A stretch of 64,000 nucleotides of DNA from the human T2T-CHM13v2.0 reference genome, Homo sapiens. The notes below the pieces were generated by a model. That model was not told the DNA's origin, ran no database searches, and saw only the letters and a program-made list of their open reading frames with translations. Each line of letters starts with the position of its first letter. Position 1 is the first letter of the stretch. Location of the stretch: NCBI RefSeq assembly GCF_009914755.1, contig NC_060927.1, one strand, 5' to 3'. A program made the position numbers and the translations under genes. Positions 13,235-29,313 of the stretch are shown here, piece after piece.

Positions 13235-13367
13235 AAATAATAGAAATTTGTTTCTCACAGTTCTGGAGGCTGGGAACTTTAAGACCAAGGTGATAGCTGG
13301 TGAGAGCCTGGTCTCTCTGCTTCCAAGGTAGTGCCCGGCTACGGCTTCCGGAGAGGACAAATGCTGA
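13235..13367 (-). mobile_element. internal fragment of an MST/MLT1A-type MaLR LTR
   Basis: TAGAAATTTGTTTCTCACAGTTCTGGAGGCTGGGAAC...GGTGAGAGCCTGGTCTCTCTGCTTCCAAG; no LTR termini visible. Confidence 0.75.
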
Positions 13368-15723
13368 GGTACAGTATTTCTAAGATGATGAAAGGAAAGA
13401 ACAGTCAAGCCAAAATTCTATATCCAGCAAAAATATCCTTCAGTAATGAAGTCGAAATACACCGATAACGCTCTAGACGTACTGAAGGATGCAAATATCC
13501 TTCAGTGATGAAGGTGAAATACAGATGAAGGAAAACTAAGAGAACTTCTTACCAGAAGGTCTGCTCTAAAAAAATCCGTCAAAGGAAATGTGTTGACCAA
13601 AGTGAGGTGATACAACATTGAAGAAAGAGCAGCAGACATGGTATCTGGGAAAATATATAATTATTTTGTTATTTGGTTCTTTCAAATGTATTTGATAATT
13701 TAAAGCAAAAATATAATATTTTTGGATATTGTTAGTGTTTGTAGATAAAATACATAACATGACTATACAACTGGAAGTGGTCAAATATTTTTTGCAAGGG
13801 GACTGTGAAAAGTTAAGCAACCACTGTATAGTCAAAAACTAAAATACGTAAATTAAGATGACATGCAAATATATGTTCAAATAACCCAGAAGATGGCAGG
13901 AAAGGGAAAATAAGGACACAAAAACAGAGAAAAAACAAATAATAGTAGAGCTATATTCAAACATATCAATAATTACATAATATATAAATGTTCTAAACAC
14001 AACAATTAAGAAAGTCTCAAAATGTATATGAAGCATGATTTAGCTATATTTTTCCCAAAATAAATTAATTTTAAATATAGTCATATAAGTTAATTAAAAG
14101 TAAAAGAATAGGAAAAGATACACCATGCAAACAACCGTCAAAGAAAGCTTGAGTGACTAGGTAGACTTTCTAAAAAGATTAGAGCAAGGAAAATTTGCAG
14201 GGATAATTATAAAGTTCAGTTCACCAAGGAGATATAATACCCTAAATGTGTACAAAGTAAACAATGAGAAATTAAAATATAAGGAAAAACTGACAAAGCT
14301 GAAAGCTGGGACAGATAAACCACAGACATCTTTAAAAAATTCAACCCTTCTATCTTAGTGATTAATAAAGCTAAGAAGCGGAAGATCACAAAGTTAAAGA
14401 ACAACTGAAAAACACCATCAACCAATTGGATCTAACCGATATGTCTAATTGGTATCATCAGCAGAATACACATTATTTCCAATGTGCACAGAACATTCAT
14501 CAAGAGAGACCTAACTGTGAGTCATAAAACACATCTTAACAAATTTAAAAGAATTGACATCGTACAAAGTGTGTGTTTTGATCATAACAGCATTCACAGA
14601 AAGAAACAGGAAAATCTTGAAACATTTGGATATGAAACAATCCATTTTCAAATAATCTATTGGTAGAACAGGAAGTCTCCAGGGAATAGAAAACATTTTG
14701 ATTTGAATGAAAATTAAAATACAAGATATTAAGGTTTGTGTGATGCAGTTACTACAGTTGTTAGATGGAATTTATAGCATGAGATACTTAAATTCAAAAC
14801 AAAGTGTCAACACTCTAAAATTCTACCATAATAAACCAGAAAAGAAAAAGTAAAATGAAGCAAAGCAAGCAAAAATTAATGAAATTAAAAATATTGAAAA
14901 ATAAAGAATGCTCAATGAGACCAAAATCTGAGTCTTTGAAAAGATCAGTAAAATTAATAAATCTCTGTCAAGACTGATAAAAAGAGAAAGGACATAAATT
15001 ATCAACATCAGGAAAAAGAAAATATCCCTATAAAAATAAAAAATGATAATAAAGTGATATACCAACAACTCTATGAACATAAATTTGCCATCTTAGATAA
15101 AATGAACCAATTCCTTAAAAACCACGAACTACCAAAATTTAACCAAAATGAAATAGTTAATCTAAATACTCTCATATGTATTAAAGGAATTAAATTTGTT
15201 GCTAACAACCTTTAACAAAAGAAATTTTTAGGCACAAACAATTTCACTGATGAGATCGACCAAATGTTTCATGCAGAAATAACAACAATTCTACACAATC
15301 TCTTCCAGGAAATAGACCGTGCAGATTACATTCAATTTGTGTTCTGAGGCCAGCATTATCCTGATTCCTAAATCAGATAAAGGCAGTATGAATTAAGAAA
15401 ACTACAGTTCGATGTTAATCGTGAGCATGGATGCAAAAATCCCCAATAAATACTAGCAAATGGAATCCAGTAATCTATAAAAAGAATAATACACACAATA
15501 TATATTGTGTATAACATACACAACACGCAGCCAAGTGAGAATTATCGTAGAATTGTAAGGCTTTAAAATATTAGAACATTAATCAATAAAATGCACCATA
15601 TTTTAACAGTAGAAAGAAGAAAACTACATAATCAACCCAAGTGATGCAGAAAAAGCATTTGACAAAATTCAACATCCAGTCATAATAAAAACTCTTCACA
15701 AACTAGGAATAGAAGAAAATATC

Positions 15724-16330
15724 TGTTGTATAAGGCCCGTCTTAGTTGGTTTTGTGTTGCTTATAATAATACCTGAAACTGGGCAATTTATAAATAAAAG
15801 GAATTTATTTGTTTTGTGATTGAGGCTGAGAGGTCCCAGGTTGACAAGACACATCTGGTGAGAGCCTTCTTGCTGGTGGGGTCTCTCTGCAGTGTCCAAA
15901 GTTGGCACCAGTCATCAGAGGGCAAGGGAGCTGAGCATACGAACATGCTGGATTTTCTTATAAAGTAACTGGTTTCCCTTCCAAATTAACCCATTAATCC
16001 ATTAATGCATGAATGGATCAATCTATTCATAAGCAGAGTCCTCATGATCCAATCACTTCTTAAAAGCCCTACCTCTCATTAGTGCCACATTGGGGATTAA
16101 ATTTCAACATGTGTTTTAAAGGAAATAAATATTCAAACTACAGCAAAGCCTAAAGTTAAGGCACAGTGTACTATGTGCTGCCTTGTCATCTGGTGAGACT
16201 GGAAGGGCCTTGAATGTTATAACCACAAGCTTCTCTTTCTTTTTTGTCCCCAGACACAAAGTCCTCTGGCCAGAAAACGCTTCTTATAAAGGGGCTCAGG
16301 TGAAGTTCTTGCTTACCCTGGTTTCTGCCA
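15724..16330 (+). mobile_element. 5' part of an ERV LTR (MER77-like), split by an MST LTR
   Basis: TGTTGTATAAGGCC|TAAAGTTAAGGC...TATGTGCTGCCTTGTCATCTGGTGAGACTGGAAGGGCCT. Confidence 0.55.
15738..16145 (-). mobile_element. MaLR solo LTR (MST family)
   Basis: (T)GTCTTAGT...ATTCAAACTACAGCA; TSD AGGCC/AAGCC. Confidence 0.85.
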
Positions 16331-16749
16331 ATCTCTCTGCTCTGTTGTTTTCACATTGATGTCATCCTGTCATTTACCCATGTGATCCCAAGATGTTTGT
16401 CACAGGTCTCATAAATTCAATTTTTGGTCACAAACTCATATTGCATGAGTTACCCAACCTCAAGGTAAAACCAACCAGACACTGTTTTTGACTCTGCACC
16501 AACACCTTCTCTGTGTTCCCTGATAATTAGAAAACATGAAGTCTTTGGTTAGCTCTTAAATGCAAGGAAGAAACAGCTGATCTGTATCAAGGTATTAAGC
16601 CTATTCTAAATCTAACTCCTTCCTCTGCACTTTTCAGTTGCATAAACCAAAAAATGCCCTTAGTCAATAAACCAATATGCCAATATGAGTTGGTTTTCTA
16701 TACTAAATAACAGTATCATACCTGGTACAGAAGGAAAAGTGAGCTTTTT

Positions 16750-17265
16750 TGTAGTCATCTGAATACAGCGACCCAAAGATATCCATGCCCTAATGTCTAG
16801 AACCTGTGTATAGGTTAGGCTACATGGCAAAGGAAAATTAAGATTGCAGATGGAATTAAGGTTGCTAATCAGATGACCTTAAATTAGAGAGATTATCCTA
16901 GATTATTAGGGTGGGCCCAGAGTAATCACAAACACCCTTAAAATTGAAAGAGTGCAGAAGAAGCAGAATTAGTGCCAAATTTATACAATTTGAGAAAATT
17001 TTGATCCATCATTTCTAGCTTTAAAGATGAAAGACTGAGGCAAAGTGCTAAAAATGTGGCAATCTCCAGGATCTGGAAAAGGTACAGAAGGGGTTCTTCT
17101 CTGAGGCCTCCAGAAGGACTACAGCCTTAGTGACATCTTCATTTTACCCCACTGAGACACATTTTGGACTTCTGGCCTCCAAAATTTAAGATAATAAATT
17201 TGAGTTGTTTTAAGCCACCAGGTTTGCAGTGAATTGTTATAGCAGCCATAGGAAACTAAAAGACA
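16750..17265 (+). mobile_element. MLT1D solo LTR
   Basis: AAAGATATCCATGCCCTAAT...GCAGATGGAATTAAGGTTGCTAATCAG...GCAGCCATAGGAAACTAA. Confidence 0.85.
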
Positions 17266-17980
17266 AGTGAGTCTCTCAGTTCCTATGGAAAGCCTTTCAT
17301 CACATTTGGAGTCAGGTTACACGCTCCTCAGAAATCCTCCCACTGCCCCTTGTCCACAGCACTTTTATAATCTCTAAAGACATCAGCATGTATTTCTTAC
17401 AAACAAGGACATTTCTTACACCATCACAGACACTTACAAAAATCTGATAATTAATATTGACACAATACTTCAATCTATAGTCCTTATTCAAATTTTATCA
17501 TCTCATTAGTGTCTTTGACATCATTTTTTTGTCCTGGTCAAGGGATCAATGCAGGATCACACAGTGCATTTAGTTTTCATGCCTCTTTAGTCTTTTTCTG
17601 ACGTATTTCCTCAGTCCTTGGTCTTTCATGTTAATGACATTTTTGAAGAGTACAGGCCAATTATTTTGCAGAAAGCGCTTCAATATGTTTATCTGATTTT
17701 TTTAGTGGTTAGATTCAGGTCATGCATTTTTGGCAGGAATATCACAAAAGTGTCCTCAGTGCATCATATTAGTAGGTATATGATGCCAATTTCTCCTGTT
17801 ACTGATAATATTAACTCTGATCACCTGTTTAAGGTGGCAGTTTTCTGCCAGTTCTCTCCACTAAAAAGTTATTAATTCCCTCCTTATATTTAACAAATGT
17901 CTTGGAAGGAGATACTTTTAGACCTTTGCCCATTAGTTTTAGCATCTATTTATGATCCCTGCCTTAAAATTATTACTATA

Positions 17981-18281
<301 letters not shown>

Positions 18282-18586
18282 CTACTATTGTTTTCTCATT
18301 CCACCATTACTTCTGTATTTATTATTAGAATTATCTTTTAAGAAAAAGCTTATTGCATTATTATTTAAATCAATATGGACTTATGGAGTTTTATTTTATT
18401 CTATGGATTATAATTCATTACTATGACCACGTATTTTGTTGTTCAATTTTCTCAGATTTGGTCCATGGTAGTCCTTTCAAACTGACTTCAGTGTTGTTCT
18501 GATATGTCCCCATGATTCACTGAACACTTTCCTACATCCGGTGCAAAATATTGTATGCTCATCTTATACTTTCCATGTCGTAGTTC

Positions 18587-18897
18587 TTTTTTTGTTTTGT
18601 TTTTAATTATACTTTAGGTTCTGGGACACATGTGCAGAACGTGCAGGTTTGTTACATAGGTATACATGTGCCATGGTGGTTTGCTGCACCCATTAACCTG
18701 GCATCCACTTAGTTATTTCTTCTAATGCTATCCCTCCCCTAGCCCCCTACCCCGCGACAGGCCCCAGTGTGTGATGTTCTCCTCCTCGTGTCCATGTGTT
18801 TTCATTGTTCAGCACCCACTTATGAGTGAGAAAATGTGGTGTTTGGTTTTCTGTTCTTGTGTTAGTTTGCTGAGAATGATGGTTTCCGGCTTCATCC
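18587..18897 (-). mobile_element. L1PA7/8-like 3' end, 5'-truncated
   Basis: ACATGTGCAGAACGTGCAGGTTTGTTACATAGGTATACATGTGCCATGGTGG. Confidence 0.88.
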
Positions 18898-19029
18898 TTC
18901 TGAAATCAGCCATTTTATCAAGGACACCCACTACATTTTATTAGTGAGGATATTTAGAAACCAAGATATGAATGCTAGGTGACCTTTTTTAATAGTTTCA
19001 TTGCTTCCAGGTCTTTTCAGTAAACACAC

Positions 19030-19432
19030 TGTATTAGTCCATTCTTACACAGCTATAACAAAGTACCCGAGACTGGGCCATTTATATGAAGAAAAGAGGT
19101 TTAATAGACTCACAGTTCTTCAGGCTTACAGGAAGCATGACTGGAAGGCCTCAGGAAACCTACAATCATGGCAGAAGGCAAAAGGGAAGCAAGCGTGTCT
19201 TTACCACAGCAGAGCAGGAGAGAGAGGGAGAGAGAGAGAGAACAAGTGGCGAATTGTCACGTTACACACTTTTAAACCAACAGATTTTGTAAAAACTCAC
19301 CCACTATCAGGATAACAGCATAGAAAAAAATGCCCCCCGATCCAATCACCTCCAACCAGATCCCTCCCTCAACACATGGGGATTACAATTTGAGATGAGA
19401 TTTGGGTGGGGACACAGTGCCAGATCATATCA
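19030..19432 (-). mobile_element. THE1D/MSTA MaLR solo LTR
   Basis: TGTATTAGTCCATTCTTACAC...GAGATTTGGGTGGGGACACAG...CATATCA; TSD CACAC/CAAAC. Confidence 0.88.
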
Positions 19433-19444
19433 CAAACCTAGCAA

Positions 19445-19861
19445 ATAGAGAAGAGAGTTAAAGTCTTCAACTATAATTGTGAATTTGTCTACTTTTCCTT
19501 TTAATATTTCATCAATTTTTATTTTGTGTATTTTGAAACTCTGCTGTTGTGTACATATCCATTTAGGATTGTTGTGTTTCTTTGGTAATTTGACGTAGTT
19601 CTCATCATAGAATGTCCATCCTTATCTCTGGTAATATTTTTGTGCTGAAGTCAACTTTGATATTAATATAGCCATTCTAACTTTTTTTTACTTTCTGTTT
19701 TAAAATTGCTTTATTGAGATGTAATTCACATATCATATAGCTCACTCAAAGTATATTTTTCTTAAATTTAAAAGGTTGTAAAACCATCACCACTACCTAC
19801 TTTTGAACATTTTGTTCCCCCCAGAAGAAACCGTTTACCTATTAGTAGTCAGTTTCATTCC
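19445..19861 (-). mobile_element. old L1M fragments (ORF2 endonuclease region plus an L1MB/MC 3' end)
   Basis: AAAGTCTTCAACTATAATTGTGAATTTGTCTA...; GCTTTATTGAGATGTAATTCACATATCATA. Confidence 0.65.
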
Positions 19862-19867
19862 CTAATA

Positions 19868-22773
<2,906 letters not shown>

Positions 22774-22918
22774 GAATCCTCCTTTTGAAAAATGAAACCT
22801 TATATTGTAGAAACATTGAAAACTTCTAGCTGCTTCTCTGTTAACACAAGTTGGAGTTAGATTAGATCCTCAAGCTTCTTTTAGCATTATCAGTCAATGT
22901 CATATTGATACTCTAAAA

Positions 22919-23388
22919 CAGGAGTTCTTATCAAGTGGTTCCTGATAGAACTCAGGGAGTTTGTGAACTTAAGTGTTAAAATATACAAAGTTTACAGTTA
23001 TATTTTCAGTAAGTCCTTTAATTATGCATGTATGCAACAAACCACTATAGTATTAGCAGTATTTATGACTCCATTGCTAATAGAAATCACAAACATTTTT
23101 TGTATCACATTATAAGTTTTGAAAACATCTTAAAATATTGCTCATCTTTACTTAAAAATTATGGTTGTTATTAGAACCACTCTTAAATCTTGCTTTTTAA
23201 TATGCTATTAAAGGGGTGCATGTATTTTGCTATATCACATATATGTTCTATTTGTAGCTTAATAATTGTATTTGAAAAATCATTTGTTGCCTTGGTATTC
23301 CTGTGTGCTTTAGTTCATGCACTTAACAACATTATTCTGAGAAGTATCTTGACAAGAGAAAAAGAAAATAAATTAAAAAAACCTTTTG
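22919..23388 (+). mobile_element. MER113 (hAT-Charlie)
   Basis: CAGGAGTTCTTA...AACCACTATAGTATTAGCAGTA...AATAGAAATCAC...ATTATTCTGAGAAG; 8-bp TSD CTCTAAAA/CTCTAAAG. Confidence 0.78.
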
Positions 23389-24424
23389 CTCTAAAGCAAT
23401 GTTCCTTTATACACAGAAAGTAGTTTATAGTTCAAAACAATGTACATGTCATTTCTGTGTTGTCATATGATCTTTTGTCTTTAGGGAAGTAAAGAAATTG
23501 GAAATATTTATCTCCCAATTGCAAAATTATTCCTGTAGTCAATGTTTCTTTACTTGAAAACACTCTTCTCACAAACACAATTATATGCACATTTTATCTT
23601 TTAACACGTTTAGCTAAAAGGAGGACAAAATGGTTTCATATTATGTATTAAGAGTGTATTACACCCACCACTATATTAACAGAGACTTGAAAATAGCAAA
23701 ATAGCACTGTATAAATCACTTGCGATATGAATTTCGAAAACCCGGATAAAACATTTAAGTGTTAAATTTTAAATAGCAGTTGTTCTCCTTTACTTCAGTA
23801 ACTTTGAGCGTCTGTCACTTCAACAATACGCCATTGTTTTCTGCTACAACTAGGAGATTTTACACTTTCTACGCGTTGGAGTACCAAGCAGCATCTTAAT
23901 CTTAATGTCAGCTGTGGATTTCTGCAGAAATGCAATCACTGCAGATACACCAGGTGCTGGAATGTGTCTTTAGAACTACCAACGTGATGACATTACCCAC
24001 TAATGTAGCTTTCGTCAGATCAGAGTATGAATAAGAAGGATTATGTGCTTGCTGAACAAATTATGATTTTTCTCATGTGCTTCTCTGAGAACTGATTATC
24101 GCAATTCTGACTTTCAAGAGAAAAGGGTGGCATTAAAAAATATCCAAGATATTAAAAAACAAATCAAAATACAAAAGGATTTTTATTTAATACTATTGTA
24201 ACATTACCCTCTCCCAACCTTCAAAAGAAAATCAATAGGGAGAAAATACATAGACATATAATAATTTCATATCCCCAGCCAGAGTTTCTAACTCCAGATC
24301 TAATGTAGTGTGTAAGAGAATAGTAATATTTTATTTATTATTAATAATTTCTACCATTCCTGCTAGATTGCTAACTCTCAAAAGTGATGATCTTTTTTCT
24401 TTTGATCCATTATTTCAATCTGAG

Positions 24425-24833
24425 TTGAAATGCTGAGTTCTTGCAATGCAGTATGCTTTGGAATGCTTTATTGGGGATGTGATCCGAGATGACATTGTAG
24501 GGACATGAAGAAGTGAGACATGGAAGGAAAGAAAGCCAATGAACAAGATGCACTGTGGCTCAAACCCTTTGGAAAACTCTGTAAGAGAGTGTAGGAAGCA
24601 CCTTAGAAATGGGGTTAGTTATTCTCCAGCTCTCATACATCATTGGCTGAGGGTTGCTCTGGAATCATTAATGCTGCTGCACTTTTCAATTTTTGTGTAT
24701 CCCATGCACAGGTCTATGGGACAAGAGAAAGCTCTCAAGTAGAGTGTCAGTCAAGGAGGCCTTCCATACCTACAGGATTGGTAAACACAAAGAGATATGG
24801 TGGGGTAGGGGGAGCCGGACTATGCCTCCTACA
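24425..24833 (-). mobile_element. LTR33-like ERVL solo LTR
   Basis: GAAGTGAGACATGGAAGGAAAGAAAGCCAAT...CATTGGCTGAGGGTTGCTC. Confidence 0.65.
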
Positions 24834-25567
24834 ACAGTCATACCAGGACATGGTGAAGACAATTTCAGTATGATTCATAAGAAAAAAATTATATAAGGTT
24901 AGGAGAAAAACTTCATAGAAATTCTAAGCAAATTCATCTAAAAATAAAGAAAAATCACCTTCCAGTGCTTCTTAAACTATTTTTTTGCTGTTATTATAAT
25001 CATTTGAATTTGTTCAATTGCAGTATGTATGCTCTTTTATAAAACTTCTAGGGAGAAGGTAGGTGGAAGGTATTGGTAAAGTACAGGCAACAATGAAAGG
25101 AAAAGAATAAAGCTGCAGTAGTGACAGACAGCAAAATGTGCTCAGTTTCCCATCATATTTCAGCACAGAGTCATGAAGCAAGAACCAAGGGCAGATATCT
25201 CATCGTCATGAAGAAATTTTACTGTGAAAAATCACAGTCATTTGCTTCATCAGAACTAAAATCATACACAATTTGCAGACAGACACTCACAATTTTGAAA
25301 TAGTTATGACATGGAGGGGGTGGGGTAGAGAAGAAATTATTCATACCACAGCCTCCATTGGAAATGTCTCAATTAAGGATAGTTTTTCACTGTGAGGTAA
25401 TTGTTTTCATTATTTTCTTCTGACTGAAAAACTCGGTGAAAACAGGCATATATGTGTTTTTTTTCTTCATCCACTAAATGTGTGGTACATAGTATTCACT
25501 CCGTGATAGTTGAAAGACTTTAATTGGGATGCATTAAGCGAAGTCATTTGGTAATTGGGTGGTTCTT

Positions 25568-25868
25568 TCCTTTTTTCTTTTCTTTTTTTTTTTTTTTTTT
25601 TTGAGGCAGCGTCTCACTCTGTTTCCCAGGCTGGCATGCAATGGTACAGTCACAACTCACTGCCGTCTCAACCTTCTGGGCTCAAGTGTCTGGAACTACA
25701 GGCATGCACCACTATGCCCAGCTAATTTGTGGTTTTTTTTTTCTTTTTATAGAGATAGGAGTTTCTCCATGTTGCTCAGGCTGGTCTTGAATTCCTGAGC
25801 TCGGGCTGTCTGCCCACCCTTGGCCTCCCATGTGCTGGGATTACAGGCGTGAGCCACAGTGCCTGGCC
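25568..25868 (-). mobile_element. AluJ with a small internal deletion
   Basis: antisense Alu; TSD AATTGGGTGGTTCTT/AATTCAGTGGTTCTT. Confidence 0.9.
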
Positions 25869-25872
25869 AATT

Positions 25873-26099
25873 CAGTGGTTCTTAATGGGGGATATTGGGG
25901 ATGATTTTTGCCCTCCTTCCTGTATATTTGACAATGTCTAGAAACATTTTTGGTTGTCACAACAGGAGGGAAAGAGCTACTGGCATCTAGTGGGTAGAGG
26001 CCAGGAATGTTGGAAAGCATCTTACCATGAACAGAACAGTCTCCATAACAAACAATTATCTGTGTCAAAATGTCAGTTTGCCAAGGTTGAGAAATACTG
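25873..26099 (+). mobile_element. MER20 (hAT-Charlie)
   Basis: CAGTGGTTCTTAA...TACTGGCATCTAGTGGGTAGAGGCCAGG...GGTTGAGAAATACTG. Confidence 0.9.
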
Positions 26100-26261
26100 T
26101 TAGAATACCTAGCAACATTTTGTCATTCACACAATTTATTCATACTTTATAAAATGGCATCTTAGTCAACAATTAGCTAGTTGCTTTTTCTTGTCCAATG
26201 TTAGTCAGTCTCACTTAACTAATCACATATAAAGTTCCTCGATTCATTCTAGAATGAATAT

Positions 26262-26733
26262 ATCTGCTTAGCGTTTGTGTTCCCCAGCAGTCAACCCAGA
26301 GACAAAATGTCCTGTGTAAGTAGTTTCTTCAGGAGGTGATCCCTAGAGATACCAGTAGGAAGTAGGGAAGAGGGTTAGAGAGCAAAAAGGAAGCCAAGCA
26401 ATGGCGCAGCATTGTTCAGATACTTTATCACTTTGGGCAACTTGAGCTAAATCCTGCTGGAGAACCTGGGTATTAGGGTGGAGTTGTGACCAAAGCTATC
26501 CCAACTGAAGGCCAAGGAAGCTGGGGTATTTATCCGTCACCTCACTTTCACCATTGGCTGAATGCTGCTCTCAGAGATTTAACTCTCAACTACTTCTGGC
26601 TTGCCTTCCACACTGGCCAAGTATAGTCCACAGGCAGACAAAGGTCAAAGAGAGTCACATATGTTTACGTTAAGCAGCCTTTGGTGTGACAAGTGCCAAG
26701 ATGACATGGCAGGCGTCAACAACTACTCCAGCA
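26262..26733 (-). mobile_element. LTR33 ERVL solo LTR
   Basis: GTAAGTAGTTT...GGAGGTGATCCC...GGAAGCTGGGGTATTTATCC...CATTGGCTGA. Confidence 0.75.
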
Positions 26734-26969
26734 TAACGTGGCAGGTTTACAGCCAAATATGAGTTCACATAGGGATTCTATACTATAAATTGTTTATGAT
26801 GTGTTTTTACTAAACTTCTCTATTTTGAGACTCGGTACTCTTTGATCCTGATTCTTATTACCCTTGTGATATTTTAGATTCATAAAATCATAGCTCCTTT
26901 TAGTGTGTCTAATCCAACCTCCTCTACAACGTGGACAAATAGATACTTCACTTTTGTTTCAGCATTTTT

Positions 26970-26995
26970 TGTCCTGCTACTGTCCTGCTACTGTC
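26970..26995. repeat. 11-bp tandem duplication (TGTCCTGCTAC)x2.4
   Basis: seen directly. Confidence 0.85.
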
Positions 26996-28980
26996 TAACT
27001 ACTTGATTAATTAAATTGACACCAAGGAAGAAATGGTCTGTTTTTCTTTGAGTTTTCACTTTTCATTATGGATTAATGAATGTCAGACTGTCCTTGACAT
27101 ATAGATCTATTGCTGTTAGAAATACCTTGACATGATTACTTGATTTATTCTTCGGGAAAGATATTAAACTCAAAAGAATTGGCAAAATTCTATTCAGAAA
27201 ATGGTGTTTGTTGGAAGCTCTCCATATTTTGTGTACATTTATAGTTTAAATATTAATGAAAGCTTACCATTAAATACTCATTCCAGATAGGCGTGTGATA
27301 CTAATTTATAAGGAAACACAAAATTAGTTTTATAGAAACTTCTAAAACAAGTATAAATCAACCCCCAATGCAATACTCATCTCTGTCCATGCATTACATT
27401 AAAGTGTGCTAAAATGTGTCACTCTGATACACAGGGGCTGAAAGCTGTTTTACATGATTTATGGGATCACTGAAGGATTTATTTCTCCTCCCCAGTTGTT
27501 TTTCTACTATCGTCTTGACATTTATATTACCCAATCAGGTAAAGACCACTTTCAACACTATTTGAATAACTGCTGATAGATCATAACTTTTCCAGAAAGG
27601 AATAGCACATACTCCAGTGATATTCTTAGATGGGACAAATCTTGAACAGGAAAAGTTTAGCTGCTAAGATGTTCAGGATCAATCCACCCTTTGTGTTCTT
27701 ATAGGTCTATTTTAAGTCCCTAAAAGCAAAAATAAATTGTCTACATGAACTTCTCAAAAGCTGTTGCCAAAAAAGTTCAATTTATTTTCGATTTCATTTC
27801 AGGAAAGAGTATCGGTACAGATTATTTTTATGCCAATTACAACAATTTACTGCCACGCCATTAATTAACTCTCTTCTGCTGAAGTATACTTCTTCCTTCA
27901 AAATCTGGTTAGAAACAATATAATTTTTATACACAGTCGCATTTATCACACATTTTATTTCCTGCTATTATTTACAGCTTTCTTTGTAGAGAGTTAACAA
28001 AGAGGAGGAATGATAGATAAAGACTTTTTACACATTTTAGATGTCATTGAATAAATATTTTATAGAAGGTTGTTCTAAGATGAAAAGTTTGGTACTATTG
28101 AAAACATACAAACGTTATTTAAAACATTTGGATTGTGCCAATGGAACTATTTTTTCAATAGTTTTTGCTAGTGATATTACCAAAGAGATTCTAACACTAG
28201 GAAAGATGCCAGTTTTAATGGCGGTTTACTGAAAGATATTTCTGAAGAACTAATTTATATATTTAGACATCGAATCCTGTGTGTTTGTCCCAATTCCATT
28301 TGTGATGTATGGATTCCAATTGGTATCTTTGACAAAGTGCTATAGCAATCAACCTGGTTTTTATTTAGCATTTGAAAGAACAATCAGCCAAATTCTAATC
28401 TCAGATGTGTGAAGTTATCACATATTTTGTAAAATATGTGGCTTTGCAGCATTGAAAAAGGATGTGAGACATTTATGGCAAAGCACAGTACATGAAAGCC
28501 ACATGAAGGTGGATGAACTCATTTTTGAACTTGGGGCTTTGGTTGTGCCTTCAAGAGTGCATAACTTTGATTTTTCTCCTCAGGTTCCAGTCAGTTCAGG
28601 AAAACTCCATTTCACAATGGGAAGACTAGAAAGGCTAACTATTTCATGTGGGAAGAAGGCAGGGTTTTGAAACTTGGAAATCATAGAAGACACAAGAGCT
28701 ACTCAGTGCACAAAACCGTTTGTTTTCCTTCAATGATCTCTGATTTGTACTAGTCACTGATCATTTGCATTTTTCCACATAGGTTTTCATAAGCCACAGT
28801 TATGCTTACTTTTACAGTGGGTATATGCACCGTTAAATATGACCTCTAATTTTAATATAGGCTTTCTTGATTTCATTCTTTCTTCTGACTTTCCATGCCT
28901 CACATATCCAGGATGAGTTATGGGAAATGTATATTCCTCTTTATGATGGCTTTATTTATGATTTTAAAAATCTGTCTTTA

Positions 28981-29313
<333 letters not shown>

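Larger units (their letters stand above)
10205..15723 (+). mobile_element. ancient L1M (5'UTR, ORF1 and 5' part of ORF2 remnants), interrupted by several younger elements
   Basis: A-rich degenerate L1 ORF1/ORF2 sequence, e.g. GATGCAAAAATCCCCAATAAATACTAGCAAA and GATGCAGAAAAAGCATTTGACAAAATTCAACATCC; no intact ORF. Confidence 0.75.

Noticed and set aside
24425-26733. Two same-strand LTR33 copies as the paired LTRs of one provirus
   Set aside because: I recognise no ERVL internal sequence between them and see no shared TSD; independent solo LTRs are the simpler explanation.
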